A DNA stretch of 64,000 nt, taken from contig JACPJR010000031.1 in assembly GCA_016187565.1 (NCBI GenBank), positions 9,796 to 73,795 of the forward strand. Reading direction: 5' to 3'. The notes under the pieces are model-generated. The model had not been told where the DNA came from, searched no databases, and saw only the letters and a list, made by a program, of their open reading frames with translations. The stretch's first letter is position 1. Every line of letters starts with the position of its first letter. The translations under genes were made by a program, and so were the position numbers. Of this stretch, positions 29,646-40,030 are shown in pieces. The DNA is from Candidatus Woesearchaeota archaeon. Its GTDB lineage: Archaea; Nanobdellota; Nanobdellia; Woesearchaeales; JACPJR01.

Positions 29646-31430
29646 ATGAAAAAAGTCGTTGCCATTGTCCAAGCGCGTATGGGTGCTTCACGATTACCAG
29701 GAAAAGTCCTCATGCCTCTTTTAGGAAAACCTCTTCTTTTGCATATTCTGCAGCGGTTACAAACAGTAAAAAGACTTAATCATATTATTGTAGCAACAAC
29801 TACAAGCAATGAAGATAATGTTCTTGTGGAACATCTAGATTCTTGGAACATATCTTACTATCGTGGATCTGAAGATAATGTGCTTGATCGATTTATCAGA
29901 GCTGCAGAATCAACTCATGCAGATATTGTTGTAAGGATCTGTGCAGATAGCCCGCTTATTGAGCCAAACGAAATTGATAAAATGGTTGAAATAATCCTCG
30001 AAAAGAATGCTGATTATGTTATGGTTAAGTCAGGTGTCTTATGTATGCATGAAGGTTTTGAAGTAGTAACGCTAAAAGCACTTCGACACCAGCTTGATTT
30101 TTCTGATGGGAGTTATGTTAAAGAGCATGTTACTGCGTTTATTCGAGAACATCCTGAAAAGTTTGCTATTGCTTATTTTGTTCCTGAGCAAGAATATCAA
30201 CGTAAAGGATTTCGATTATCAATTGATACCATGCAGGATTTTCGATTTATGGAGCAGATTTATAAACGCCTCTACAATGAGGGAACCATTGTTGATCTCA
30301 AACAAGTTACGCAGCTTCTTGATCAACATCCAGAGATTCTTGTTATTAATAAGGAGGTAACACAGAAGGGATTACATGAGAAGAGTTTACGTATAGCTTT
30401 CAGAACCGATGGTGATTCCCAAATGGGCATGGGGCATGTCTTTCGCTGTTTGCATCTTGCAAGGACATTTCAAAACGCCTTTCATTTGGGTATTATTTTT
30501 TTAGTAAAAAAATCAACCGTTGCAAAAGAATTTATTCAGAAGCAAGGTTATCCTCTTATTTCCATTAGCGAGCACTTCAGTGAGGTAGAGGAGGTTGATT
30601 TCATTGCATCAATCTTGTTAGAAAAAAAAATAGATTGCCTTATTATTGACCAAAAGATACCACCATCACAACAATATTTTCGCTCGTTGAAAACAATTTC
30701 ACCTACCAAGCTTGTTGTTATGGATAAAATCACCAATTTTCCTGAGGTAAATGTAACCATCCTCCCGACAGCACATGTTGACCAGAAAAAAATTATTCCT
30801 GAATCTCAGGAAAGAACATTTTTTGGGATAGAATATGCTGTTTTTTCAGACGAACTTCTCAAGCGAAAAAAAACACATCTTAATCCAACGGTGAAGAATA
30901 TCCTTATTTCTATGGGGGGAAGTGATCCAAGCCGAATTACGCTTCGAATTCTTTCTTATTTGAGAAAGATGAAACAGGAAACTCCAGATCAGTTCAACCA
31001 ATTTGAATGGCATGTAGTGATTGGACCTGCATTTGACTTTATTCACGAAATAAAAACATTTATGAATGAAAACCAGTTACCCCTTAAAATCCATGAGGGG
31101 ATTACTGATTTATCTCCGTTGCTTGAACAAGCTGATCTGTGTGTTGTTTCGTTTGGTATTACACCTTATGAAGCACTTGCTGTTCGAGTTCCTGCGCTTG
31201 TCGTCAGTCATGATCAGCCAAACTATACAGATTCGCTGATTTTTGAAAAACTTAATACGTGCATTAATCTTGGATATTATGAAAACCTCACTTACGAGCG
31301 TTTCAACAAAGAGCTTTTTGAGATGATAGGTAATCGGGAGTTGCGGGAGCGAATATTTGAACGCGACAAAGACCTTATCAGAGGAAATGGGAAAGAAGCA
31401 ATTGCGAAACTTATACGAGGGATCTTATGA
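29646..31430 (+). CDS. Fusion of SpsF/PseF-type cytidylyltransferase and PseG-type UDP-sugar hydrolase
   Basis: N-terminal QARMGASRLPGKV...EHVT; C-terminal FRTDGDSQMGMGHVFRC and MGGSD. Confidence 0.85.
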   Translation: MKKVVAIVQARMGASRLPGKVLMPLLGKPLLLHILQRLQTVKRLNHIIVATTTSNEDNVLVEHLDSWNISYYRGSEDNVLDRFIRAAESTHADIVVRICADSPLIEPNEIDKMVEIILEKNADYVMVKSGVLCMHEGFEVVTLKALRHQLDFSDGSYVKEHVTAFIREHPEKFAIAYFVPEQEYQRKGFRLSIDTMQDFRFMEQIYKRLYNEGTIVDLKQVTQLLDQHPEILVINKEVTQKGLHEKSLRIAFRTDGDSQMGMGHVFRCLHLARTFQNAFHLGIIFLVKKSTVAKEFIQKQGYPLISISEHFSEVEEVDFIASILLEKKIDCLIIDQKIPPSQQYFRSLKTISPTKLVVMDKITNFPEVNVTILPTAHVDQKKIIPESQERTFFGIEYAVFSDELLKRKKTHLNPTVKNILISMGGSDPSRITLRILSYLRKMKQETPDQFNQFEWHVVIGPAFDFIHEIKTFMNENQLPLKIHEGITDLSPLLEQADLCVVSFGITPYEALAVRVPALVVSHDQPNYTDSLIFEKLNTCINLGYYENLTYERFNKELFEMIGNRELRERIFERDKDLIRGNGKEAIAKLIRGIL

Positions 31431-32035
31431 TTGAGCGTTATCGAAAACGACGGGAAGAGGAAATGCAACGACAAAGTTCTGACGCTTATTGGCTTTGGTA
31501 CAATGAAAGGTATATTAAAACCTACAAGCGCATATTAGGACAACGATTTGACTCAAAAATTCTTGATCTTGGTTGTGGTGCAGGCCATCTTGTTTTAGCA
31601 TGTAAAAAGCAGGGTTATGATGCAGAGGGTATTGATATTGAGACCTGTGATTTTGAGAATGAAAACCTGCCCTACAAGGATCAGACCTTTAACCTTGTTA
31701 TTGCTAATGCAGTAATTGAGCATATCGGATCGCCAGATCACATTTTTCAAGAAGCATATCGCGTTCTTAAGCCAGGAGGATCTTTTATTATGCGAACTCC
31801 AAATTGGCAACAAGACGCCAAAAACTTTTACAATGATCCAACCCATAAAAAGCCTTATACTCCTCATGGATTGAAAATGATTTTACAAATGCATGGATTT
31901 AGCGTTCCATTTATAGAGCCAGGACTTATCGAGAAGCCAGCTTTCTATTGGAAACTTCCTTCACCAATTAAATGGAAAATCGCTTCGATCATTCCTGGAG
32001 GAACAAAATCCATTCTTGCAATTGGAAGAAAATAA
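31427..32035 (+). CDS. Class I SAM-dependent methyltransferase
   Basis: LDLGCGAG, VIEH and VLKPGG motifs; ATGA overlap with the upstream gene. Confidence 0.9.
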   Translation: MIERYRKRREEEMQRQSSDAYWLWYNERYIKTYKRILGQRFDSKILDLGCGAGHLVLACKKQGYDAEGIDIETCDFENENLPYKDQTFNLVIANAVIEHIGSPDHIFQEAYRVLKPGGSFIMRTPNWQQDAKNFYNDPTHKKPYTPHGLKMILQMHGFSVPFIEPGLIEKPAFYWKLPSPIKWKIASIIPGGTKSILAIGRK

Positions 32036-32041
32036 AATACT

Positions 32042-33499
32042 ATGTCAAATAAAATCAATGTTATTGGACTAGATGGTGCAACTTTTTATCTCCTTGATAA
32101 GATTGTTGCTCGGGGATTAACACCAAACATCCATCGTATTATGACGCAAGGTTACAAAAATGTCTGTACTTCTATTTATCCGCCCCTTTCCCCTCCTGCA
32201 TGGGCGACTATTGCCACAGGGGTTAATCCTGCAAAGCATGGTGTCTTTGACTTTTTTTATATGCCTTTTCGGCGAGAAGGAAGTTATGCCCGGCGGATTG
32301 TGAACACGACACAGTGGAAAATAGACACGGTTTTTCACCACTTTAATAAAGCCGGTTATAGCTGTGGTGTTATTAATTATCCCATGGGTTACCCACCGTT
32401 AATCGTGAACAAGTATTTTATTTCTGGTCTTGGAACACCTGGGCTTGATACTGATTATACCTATCCTCTCGATCTCAAGAAAGAGATTGCTCAACAATTC
32501 CCTGATTATCTTATTGATGTTGGCGGTGGTATTGGCCAGACCTCAGAGGCTTTTTTGCAATCCTGCAGACAGATGATGCTCGAGCAAATAAAGGCAGCAA
32601 AATATCTTTTTGATAAGTATCCTGTTGATATGTTTTACGCTGTTTTTGCTTTTACTGATCGCTTTCAGCATTGGTTTTGGCAATTTATTGATCCTCAATC
32701 TCCCTCCTATGGAACATGGAAAAAACCCATTGAGGTCTATGAAGAATTTTTTAAAGAAGTAGATGCTTTTTTTGGTCTTCTCCTTGAAAGAATGCATGCT
32801 GATGATGTTCTTCTTGTTCTTTCAGATCATGGGTTTGGTCCTATCAAAAAATATTTTTACATCAACAAGTTCTTGTATGAGGCAGGGCTTCTTCATTTTC
32901 TTCCCGAAGCAAAAATATTCCACCAAAAAAATACCCCTGACGGGTTACTCACTTCTATTGATTGGACAAAAACCGTTGCTTATTCATTAGGTGATTATGG
33001 TGAGATCCGTATTAATCTTAAAGGCCGTGAACCAAAGGGCATTGTTCAGCCTGGAGAGGAGTATCACCGCCTCCGTCTGTTTATCAAAAATATTTTGGAA
33101 AATGTCGTAGACCCAGAAGACGGCAAAAAAATAACTGATACCGTCTTTTTGAAAGAAGAGGTTTATAACGGGCCAATGCTTCATGAGGCTCCTGATCTTC
33201 TCTTTACTTTGCGACATTGTTCATATTTGTGTTACATTAATGGGAGAGGAAATGAATTTTATAATTACGATAAGGTTCTTTTCAGACCACCAAGCAAAAA
33301 CGAAATGGAGCAGTGGACAGGAGGCCATACCCTTGACGGCATTTTTATGGCATATGGTAAAACCGTAAACAAGGATGCTGTTATTCCAAAAATAACCCTC
33401 TATGATATCCCGGCAACGCTTCTCTTCCTCAAGGGAATACCTCTGCCGCAATCACTTGATGGAAAGGCTCTACAGGAATTATTTATTAATCATCCTTGA
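32042..33499 (+). CDS. AlkP-superfamily type I phosphodiesterase/nucleotide pyrophosphatase-like protein
   Basis: IGLDGA, PPLSPPAW..IATG, DRFQH, SDHGF, INLKGREP and GGH motifs. Confidence 0.88.
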   Translation: MSNKINVIGLDGATFYLLDKIVARGLTPNIHRIMTQGYKNVCTSIYPPLSPPAWATIATGVNPAKHGVFDFFYMPFRREGSYARRIVNTTQWKIDTVFHHFNKAGYSCGVINYPMGYPPLIVNKYFISGLGTPGLDTDYTYPLDLKKEIAQQFPDYLIDVGGGIGQTSEAFLQSCRQMMLEQIKAAKYLFDKYPVDMFYAVFAFTDRFQHWFWQFIDPQSPSYGTWKKPIEVYEEFFKEVDAFFGLLLERMHADDVLLVLSDHGFGPIKKYFYINKFLYEAGLLHFLPEAKIFHQKNTPDGLLTSIDWTKTVAYSLGDYGEIRINLKGREPKGIVQPGEEYHRLRLFIKNILENVVDPEDGKKITDTVFLKEEVYNGPMLHEAPDLLFTLRHCSYLCYINGRGNEFYNYDKVLFRPPSKNEMEQWTGGHTLDGIFMAYGKTVNKDAVIPKITLYDIPATLLFLKGIPLPQSLDGKALQELFINHP

Positions 33500-33543
33500 T
33501 CAATGAATATTTTATTTCATTCCATAGACGAGCTCTGCGTATC

Positions 33544-34749
33544 ATGAACAATCCAATGAAGAATTCCATGAACTGTGATTTTTGTAAGCATCCAATAACT
33601 CCAGTCTATAACGTACCTTCATCACCACGAAAAGCTGTTGTTAAGGTTTGCAGCCACTGTGGGCTTGTCCAAAGTACATTTCTTAACAACTCTTCTCTTC
33701 CTCGACAGGTTGCGGTTACCTCAGAAGCAAGTTGGGGAAATGTGCGCTATGGTAAATCCTTCAGAACAACTCCGCATGTAGATATCCTCGATAAGTTTCT
33801 TTCCTGGCACAGGCTTCAGCAGGTAATAGATGTTGGGTCTAATCGAGGAAGTTTTATTCAGGCGATCTATAATAAAGGAAATTTTCCCATTCTTGCTGTT
33901 GAACCAGATAAGCATATCTCTCCAGACTTTCATGATTTTCCGAGAGTGAAGCTTCTTTTAGATCGTATTGAGCATATTTCTTTTATCAACGAAAAAGCCA
34001 ACGAAAAATTTGACCAAAAATTTGACCTTATCTATCTTTCTCATACCCTCGAACATCTTGAGTCGCCGTTTCTGACCCTTCAACAACTTACCCATCATGC
34101 ACAGCAACATGCGTATCTGTTTGTAGAGGTTCCTAATATTGAGTTCCTGAGGAGTAAAGATATTGTTGAAGAATTCTTTATTGATAAGCATACCTTCCAT
34201 TTTTCTCGATCTACGCTAAAAAACTATCTCTTGCATTTTGGATGGCAGATCCTCTATGAGAACCCTTCTGATGATATCCTGAATATTACGTTGTTAGCAA
34301 CATTGCATCCCTCAGGTATTCAGGGAAAAACGTTTCTTTCGGTTGATGTACCGAAAACAATTGCGCAGATCACACAATACAAAGAAACAAAAGAAAAGAA
34401 TATGCGTGCTCTAAATAACGTTGCAACATACATTGAAGCCTTGTATCCGAAAAAAATTGGTATTTGGGGGGCTGGGCGTCTTTACCATGCATTAGTACAA
34501 CACGGTAACCTTAACAAAGAAAAGATAGCAGTTCTTATTGATTCCTATCTTCCTGCGTATGTCGATAACCTTAATGATCAGCGTATTTTGCTTCCTGATG
34601 AAGTCTCTTTTAAGGACATTGATGTTCTTGTGATCATGTCACGGCAGTATGTTACTGAAATAACTACAAGAGCTCGTCAACTGGGTTTTCATGGTGAGAT
34701 CATAGAGTATAGCGGACTATTACAGCAAATGTCTTCTTCAGTAGTTTAA
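33544..34749 (+). CDS. Class I SAM methyltransferase with N-terminal Cys motifs and C-terminal Rossmann-like domain (sugar C-methyltransferase-like layout)
   Basis: CDFC...CSHC, IDVGSNRG, HTLEH, EVPN and IWGAG motifs; start is 33544, 33556 or 33568. Confidence 0.8.
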   Translation: MNNPMKNSMNCDFCKHPITPVYNVPSSPRKAVVKVCSHCGLVQSTFLNNSSLPRQVAVTSEASWGNVRYGKSFRTTPHVDILDKFLSWHRLQQVIDVGSNRGSFIQAIYNKGNFPILAVEPDKHISPDFHDFPRVKLLLDRIEHISFINEKANEKFDQKFDLIYLSHTLEHLESPFLTLQQLTHHAQQHAYLFVEVPNIEFLRSKDIVEEFFIDKHTFHFSRSTLKNYLLHFGWQILYENPSDDILNITLLATLHPSGIQGKTFLSVDVPKTIAQITQYKETKEKNMRALNNVATYIEALYPKKIGIWGAGRLYHALVQHGNLNKEKIAVLIDSYLPAYVDNLNDQRILLPDEVSFKDIDVLVIMSRQYVTEITTRARQLGFHGEIIEYSGLLQQMSSSVV

Positions 34750-34831
34750 GAAAGTTTAAGAAAGAAGGTCACGAAAATATACTACTCAACCAAAAAAATT
34801 ATAAAGATAGGTAATCCCCTCATTGAATACC

Positions 34832-35077
34832 ATGAATGAACGTTTGATCGATGATAACCAACAGGTATCTATAGCATTGCCGAAATCCTTAGTTCAGGAG
34901 CTTGAACACCATATGAAGCAGTATGGCTATACGTCTCTTTCCGACTATGTGCAGCATCTTCTCAATGAATCATTAGTTACCTTGAACGCTTCTCAGAAAG
35001 GTACCAGTAGCGGGTTTAGTCAAGAGGATGAGGAACGAGTTAAAGAACGGTTAAAGCAGCTTGGTTATCTTAACTAG
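34832..35077 (+). CDS. Small CopG/ribbon-helix-helix protein with C-terminal RLxxLGY tail
   Basis: VSIALPKSL...YTSLSDYV RHH pattern; ends EDEERVKERLKQLGYLN; TATA-like ttataaa about 27 nt upstream. Confidence 0.75.
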   Translation: MNERLIDDNQQVSIALPKSLVQELEHHMKQYGYTSLSDYVQHLLNESLVTLNASQKGTSSGFSQEDEERVKERLKQLGYLN

Positions 35078-35118
35078 CTACAGGTAATAGCAATAATGAT
35101 ATGACCCTACATCTGTAG

Positions 35119-35994
35119 ATGATAGACGATTGTAAGGAGAATAAAGAAAATAAAGAAAATAAAGAAAATAAAGAAAATAAAGATAGTACCATGGAATACC
35201 TCGACGAACTTGAAAGCAAAAGTGTCTATGTCATCAGGGAAGCATATCATCAATTTAGAAATCTAGCGTTACTTTGGAGCATTGGTAAGGATTCAACAGC
35301 ACTACTTTGGCTTTGTCGGAAGGCCTTTTATGGAAAAATTCCCTTTAAAGTTCTCCATATTGATACTACGTTTAAATTTCCTGAAATGTATGCTTTCCGT
35401 GATAAATATGCTCGAGAATGGAACCTTCCGTTGGTTATTGTTAAGAACGAGGAAGCATTAGCCCGAGGAGTCAATTACGATACCTGTGATTCTTTGACCG
35501 TTTGCACTGAACTAAAAACCAATGCTCTTAAACAGGCTGTTGCAGCGTATGGATTTAAGGCCCTCTTAGTAGGCATCCGAAGAGATGAACATGGCATTCG
35601 GGCTAAAGAACGTTATTTTTCTCTACGAAACCAGGATTTTCAGTGGAATTATAAGGCGCAGGCGCCTGAATTATGGGATCAGTATAAAACCAAGCAAGAA
35701 GAAGATGAACATATCCGGGTTCATCCGTTGCTTCACTGGACCGAACTTGACATTTGGGAATATATCAAGAGAGAAAATATTCCTATTAACACCTTGTATT
35801 TTGCGAAAAATGGTAAGCGCTATCGTAGTCTTGGTTGTATGCCTATAACGAAGCCTATTGTTTCAAATGCCGACAATGTTGATAGAATTATCGAAGAGAT
35901 TCGGACATCAAAGACCACTGAACGTGCAGGACGGGCGCAGGATAAAGAACAGATGCACGCCATGCAAAAATTACGTGCATTGGGTTATATGTAA
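35119..35994 (+). CDS. cysD: Sulfate adenylyltransferase subunit 2
   Basis: LESKSVYVIREA, WSIGKDS, IRVHPLLHWTELDIWEYI and YRSLGC motifs; the core starts at ATG 35191. Confidence 0.93.
   Translation: MIDDCKENKENKENKENKENKDSTMEYLDELESKSVYVIREAYHQFRNLALLWSIGKDSTALLWLCRKAFYGKIPFKVLHIDTTFKFPEMYAFRDKYAREWNLPLVIVKNEEALARGVNYDTCDSLTVCTELKTNALKQAVAAYGFKALLVGIRRDEHGIRAKERYFSLRNQDFQWNYKAQAPELWDQYKTKQEEDEHIRVHPLLHWTELDIWEYIKRENIPINTLYFAKNGKRYRSLGCMPITKPIVSNADNVDRIIEEIRTSKTTERAGRAQDKEQMHAMQKLRALGYM
35140..35184 (+). repeat. 9-bp tandem repeat (AATAAAGAA x4 plus 1 imperfect copy)
   Basis: Read directly; encodes KENKENKEN if cysD starts at 35119. Confidence 0.95.
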
Positions 35995-36069
35995 GGGTAG
36001 GGGTAGGTAGCTTTTGGGATGAAAGTAATGACAGTAATGAGGGTAATGGTGATATCTGGTGATAAATAA

Positions 36070-37335
36070 ATGAATAACAGGATTGCTTCTCTTCCTCAAG
36101 AAAATCGAGAAAATCTTCGTGTAGTTATTGTTGGCCATGTTGATCACGGCAAGTCTACCTTTATTGGAAGATTACTCTATGATACGAATAGTTTACCTGA
36201 TGAGAAGATTCAAGAGCTTAAAACTATCGCCGAAGCCCTTGGAAAAGATATCGAGTTCAGTTATATCATGGATCATCTACAGGAAGAGCGTGATCAGGGG
36301 ATCACTATTGATACTGCCCAAATTTTCTTCAATACCATAAAACGACACTATACCATTATTGATGCTCCGGGCCATGTTGAATTCTTGAAGAATATGATCA
36401 CTGGAGCTTCACAGGCAGATGCAGCAATCTTACTTGTTGATGTAGCTGAGGGAATACAGGAACAGACAAGGAGGCATGCATATCTCCTGAGTATGCTTGG
36501 ATTCCATCATATTGTTGTTTTATTGAATAAGATGGATTTAGTTCATTACCAACAAGAAGTATTTGATGCACTTGTATCCTCTCTTGGCGTATTCCTTGCT
36601 CCGCTTCATATGCATGCCCAGTACATTCCTTTTTCAGCAAAAAATGGAGACAACCTTGCTGTTCTTTCTCCAAATATGCCTTGGTATAAGGGAAAAACCG
36701 TACTTGATGCCTTGGATGCATTGCCCTTGCAAAAAGACTTACGTCAGTCTCCACTTCGTTTTCTTGTTCAGGACATTTATAATTTTGATAAACGAATCTA
36801 CGTCGGAGTTGTTGGAAGCGGTAGCCTGAATAAAGGGGACAAGGTTGTTATCCTTCCTTCAGGTGAAAAAACATGCATTGCCTCTCTCGAAGAATGGAAC
36901 CGCTCGATAACTACTGCAGAAGCGGGAAAATGTCCAGGGTTTATAACAACAACAAAAGTCTTTATTGACCGTGGAAATGTTATTGTAAAAGAACATGAAA
37001 CACATCCTATTATTACAAAAAATTTTACTGCTCATCTTTTTTGGCTAGAGAGCAAGCCCTTTGTAACAGGCGAACGGCTCATGTTTCGATGTGGGACCCA
37101 GCAGACGCTTTGTGATGTCACGGTAAAAAAGACCATAGATTCTTCTACCCTGGCGCTTATTGCAGAGTCGCCTGATGAAATTAAGAATCGGGAAGTAGCC
37201 GAAGTTGTTATTACTACAAGTCAGCCGGTGATCATAGAGAATTTCCATAATGTTCCTGAACTAGGAAGATTTGTGCTTGAGAGGAACGACACTTGTGCAG
37301 GAGGCATTATTATAGCTAATGGTGATTCTGTATGA
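36070..37335 (+). CDS. cysN: Sulfate adenylyltransferase subunit 1 (GTPase), with no fused APS kinase
   Basis: [27 protein letters not shown] and LGRFVL motifs; follows cysD. Confidence 0.92.
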   Translation: MNNRIASLPQENRENLRVVIVGHVDHGKSTFIGRLLYDTNSLPDEKIQELKTIAEALGKDIEFSYIMDHLQEERDQGITIDTAQIFFNTIKRHYTIIDAPGHVEFLKNMITGASQADAAILLVDVAEGIQEQTRRHAYLLSMLGFHHIVVLLNKMDLVHYQQEVFDALVSSLGVFLAPLHMHAQYIPFSAKNGDNLAVLSPNMPWYKGKTVLDALDALPLQKDLRQSPLRFLVQDIYNFDKRIYVGVVGSGSLNKGDKVVILPSGEKTCIASLEEWNRSITTAEAGKCPGFITTTKVFIDRGNVIVKEHETHPIITKNFTAHLFWLESKPFVTGERLMFRCGTQQTLCDVTVKKTIDSSTLALIAESPDEIKNREVAEVVITTSQPVIIENFHNVPELGRFVLERNDTCAGGIIIANGDSV

Positions 37336-38060
37336 TCGTTGTTCTTGCGATTGATGCCTTAGAGTTTGACCTTGTTGAAAAGTTCTCCTGTACACATTTA
37401 AAGCAGCAGTTTTATGGGAAGACTAACATCCAAGAATTCTCAGAGCCTCGTACCATGGTCTTATGGAGTTCGTTTATGACCGGTATAAATAAAGAAAAAG
37501 AGGTTTTGGCAGGTGGAAATCAAGAGATGTGGGATAAACAGTGGTCTTATGATGAAACCTTCTTCAAGACTTTTAAGAATCCTTGTGTTCTTGATCTGCC
37601 AGGATACAGTTATGATCTCAAAGTGCACGAAAAATCTCGGCTTTTACTTAAAAAATTTTTTCTTGTCAATTCTCCCGAAGAAAAAGAGGCTATACGTAAA
37701 GAGTACAATCAGGATGCATTTGTCCATCATCGAGCTATAAAAACTGCCTTTTTTGAGGCTTTACAGAGTAATCATGATTTTGTTCTTGGCTATTTCTCGG
37801 TTGCCGATGTTATCGGTCATCTCAATTTTGGAAATACCCTTATGATGCGGATGATCTATAGTGATTTAGAGGAGATTGCATCGAAGATTATGGTAAAGAA
37901 ATGCATCATTCTCTCTGATCATGGCATGTATGGCGTTGGCATGTTTGGAGATCATTCTTCATATGGTTTCTGGAGTACGAATTTCCGGGATTTAGGGTTA
38001 CCCCGTATTACGGATTTTCGGAGCATTATTGAAGAACTGAACAACGTTGAAATAAAATAG
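37332..38060 (+). CDS. Minimal AlkP-superfamily protein
   Basis: [28 protein letters not shown] and GDH motifs; ATGA-coupled to cysN. Confidence 0.75.
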   Translation: MIVVLAIDALEFDLVEKFSCTHLKQQFYGKTNIQEFSEPRTMVLWSSFMTGINKEKEVLAGGNQEMWDKQWSYDETFFKTFKNPCVLDLPGYSYDLKVHEKSRLLLKKFFLVNSPEEKEAIRKEYNQDAFVHHRAIKTAFFEALQSNHDFVLGYFSVADVIGHLNFGNTLMMRMIYSDLEEIASKIMVKKCIILSDHGMYGVGMFGDHSSYGFWSTNFRDLGLPRITDFRSIIEELNNVEIK

Positions 38061-38122
38061 AATCTTCTCTTTTTAGGAAGAAACCTTTTTAAAGAACAAG
38101 CCTTCCCCTCATCAGGGGAATC

Positions 38123-40030
38123 ATGGACGTAACAACGATTAAAAATCTCTATCTGAAAGCAGTAGGCATTCGAGAAGATGTCCTCCATATGCTGAAGTTT
38201 GCAGGGAGTGGTCATCTTGGTGGATCTTTTTCTGCGGCCGAATTATTGAGTGTTTTATATTTCCATGAACTAAAACTTGATCCCAAACATCCAAATTGGG
38301 AAGAACGAGACCGTTTTGTGCTTTCAAAAGGGCACTGTTGTCCTGGATTGTATGCCGTACTTGCTGAAAGAGGCTTTTTCTCAAAAGAAGAATTTAAAAT
38401 GCTAAGAAAGGTCAATGGAAATTTACAGGGCCATCCTGAGCGCATTACTCCAGGAGTTGAATTTATTGCAGGATTCTTGGGACAAGGGCTTTCTGCTGGT
38501 TTAGGTATGGCATTAGGCTTTAAGCGGATGAAAAAAAACAATAGGATTTATGTTATGATCGGAGATGGAGATAATCAAGAAGGCCAGACGTGGGAAGCAG
38601 CACGCTTTGGTGTCCACAATAAACTGGATAATCTCGTAGCAATATATGATTATAACAATCTCCAGAGCGATGACCGAACAGAAAACATCCTCACGATTAA
38701 AGATCCTGAAAAGCAATGGACCAGTTTTGGATGGCATGCTATTGTTATTGACGGGCATCATGTTGAGCAGATTGTGCGTGCGTTGACAGAAGCTAAGACC
38801 ATCAAACAGAAACCAACGATTATTATTGCCCACACCCTCAAGGGAAATGGGGTTTCCTTCTATGCTGATAATCCTAACTCTCATGGAAGCTGGGCACCGT
38901 CAGATAGTGATTACAAAAATGCCCTTGCAGAGCTCCAAGAAACACGTAATAGACTGGTGAGAGAGGAATTTCCTCTTGCTCGTAGAGAATTGACGTTTTT
39001 CAATCCACAAATTGATGTTCGTTCGAGTAAAGATAATTGTTCGACAGATCAACAGGGAGAAGCATTTGAGCCCTATGTTTTTAAGAAAGAGGAGAAGTAC
39101 AGCTTACGAAATGCATTTGGTATGGCTGCCGCAAACCTTGCCAAGAAGTACGATAACTTTGATCTTTTTGATGGCGATGTTCGTGGTGGAACCATGACTT
39201 GTATTTTTGAAAAACATTTTCCCCATCGTTTTATCCAATGTGGCATTGCTGAACAAAACATGATGAGTGTAGCTGCAGGATATCATCTGGCAACAGAGAG
39301 AATTCCTATTGTTACTACCTATGCTGCGTTTACCTCGCTACTCACTGCAGCACAGTTTAGAAATAACATTGCCATGCAGAAACTTCCGGTCATAGTTGCA
39401 TCGAGCCACAACGGAACAGATACTGGACCAGATGGACCTACGCATCAGGCAATTGAGGATTTAGGTGTCTTTCGAACCTATCCTGGGGTTGTTGTTATTT
39501 CTGCTGCTTGTCCGTATCAGATTCACGGCTTGTTAGAGGCAGCACTCTTAGGCAAGAAGCCAGTCTACATGCGAACAGGAAGAAGCCCTACCCCTGTCTT
39601 GTACGGTCCGTCTGAACATTTTAGCATTGGTAAGGATACAGTACTGAGAAAAGGGACTGACATCACGTTTTTTGCAACAGGCCTTCTCGTTAAACGAGCC
39701 CTTGATGCAGCAGAACAATTGAGCAGTGAGGGCATTGATGCTGAGGTTATTAATATCGCCACGCTTAACCCCCTTGATACTCAATTGATTTTACAATCAG
39801 TCAGGAAAACTAAGCGTGCACTTGTTGCCGAGGATCATTATCTTCACAATGGATTAGGCGGAGCAATAAGCCAGTTTTTGGGAGAACAATTTCCCGTGCC
39901 CCTAAGATATATTGCTCTCCGAACCTATGCTGAATCAGGAGATCCTCAGGAATTGGCAGCAAAGTATCACCTTACATCAAATGATATTTTTTTAACCGCT
40001 CAAGAAATGATTCGAGGTGATTTACATTAA
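38123..40030 (+). CDS. Transketolase-family ThDP enzyme (fused N and C domains)
   Basis: GHLGGSFS, DRFVLSKGH, LQGHP, GDGD..EG, GIAEQNM and DGPTHQ motifs. Confidence 0.92.
   Translation: MDVTTIKNLYLKAVGIREDVLHMLKFAGSGHLGGSFSAAELLSVLYFHELKLDPKHPNWEERDRFVLSKGHCCPGLYAVLAERGFFSKEEFKMLRKVNGNLQGHPERITPGVEFIAGFLGQGLSAGLGMALGFKRMKKNNRIYVMIGDGDNQEGQTWEAARFGVHNKLDNLVAIYDYNNLQSDDRTENILTIKDPEKQWTSFGWHAIVIDGHHVEQIVRALTEAKTIKQKPTIIIAHTLKGNGVSFYADNPNSHGSWAPSDSDYKNALAELQETRNRLVREEFPLARRELTFFNPQIDVRSSKDNCSTDQQGEAFEPYVFKKEEKYSLRNAFGMAAANLAKKYDNFDLFDGDVRGGTMTCIFEKHFPHRFIQCGIAEQNMMSVAAGYHLATERIPIVTTYAAFTSLLTAAQFRNNIAMQKLPVIVASSHNGTDTGPDGPTHQAIEDLGVFRTYPGVVVISAACPYQIHGLLEAALLGKKPVYMRTGRSPTPVLYGPSEHFSIGKDTVLRKGTDITFFATGLLVKRALDAAEQLSSEGIDAEVINIATLNPLDTQLILQSVRKTKRALVAEDHYLHNGLGGAISQFLGEQFPVPLRYIALRTYAESGDPQELAAKYHLTSNDIFLTAQEMIRGDLH

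Noticed and set aside
35140-35184. Repeat array as CRISPR or a phase-variation switch
   Set aside because: The units are contiguous 9-mers with no spacers and no cas genes nearby, and the unit length preserves the reading frame.
36070-37335. Elongation factor EF-1alpha/Tu
   Set aside because: The GTPase motifs are shared, but adjacency to cysD and the C-terminal features indicate CysN.
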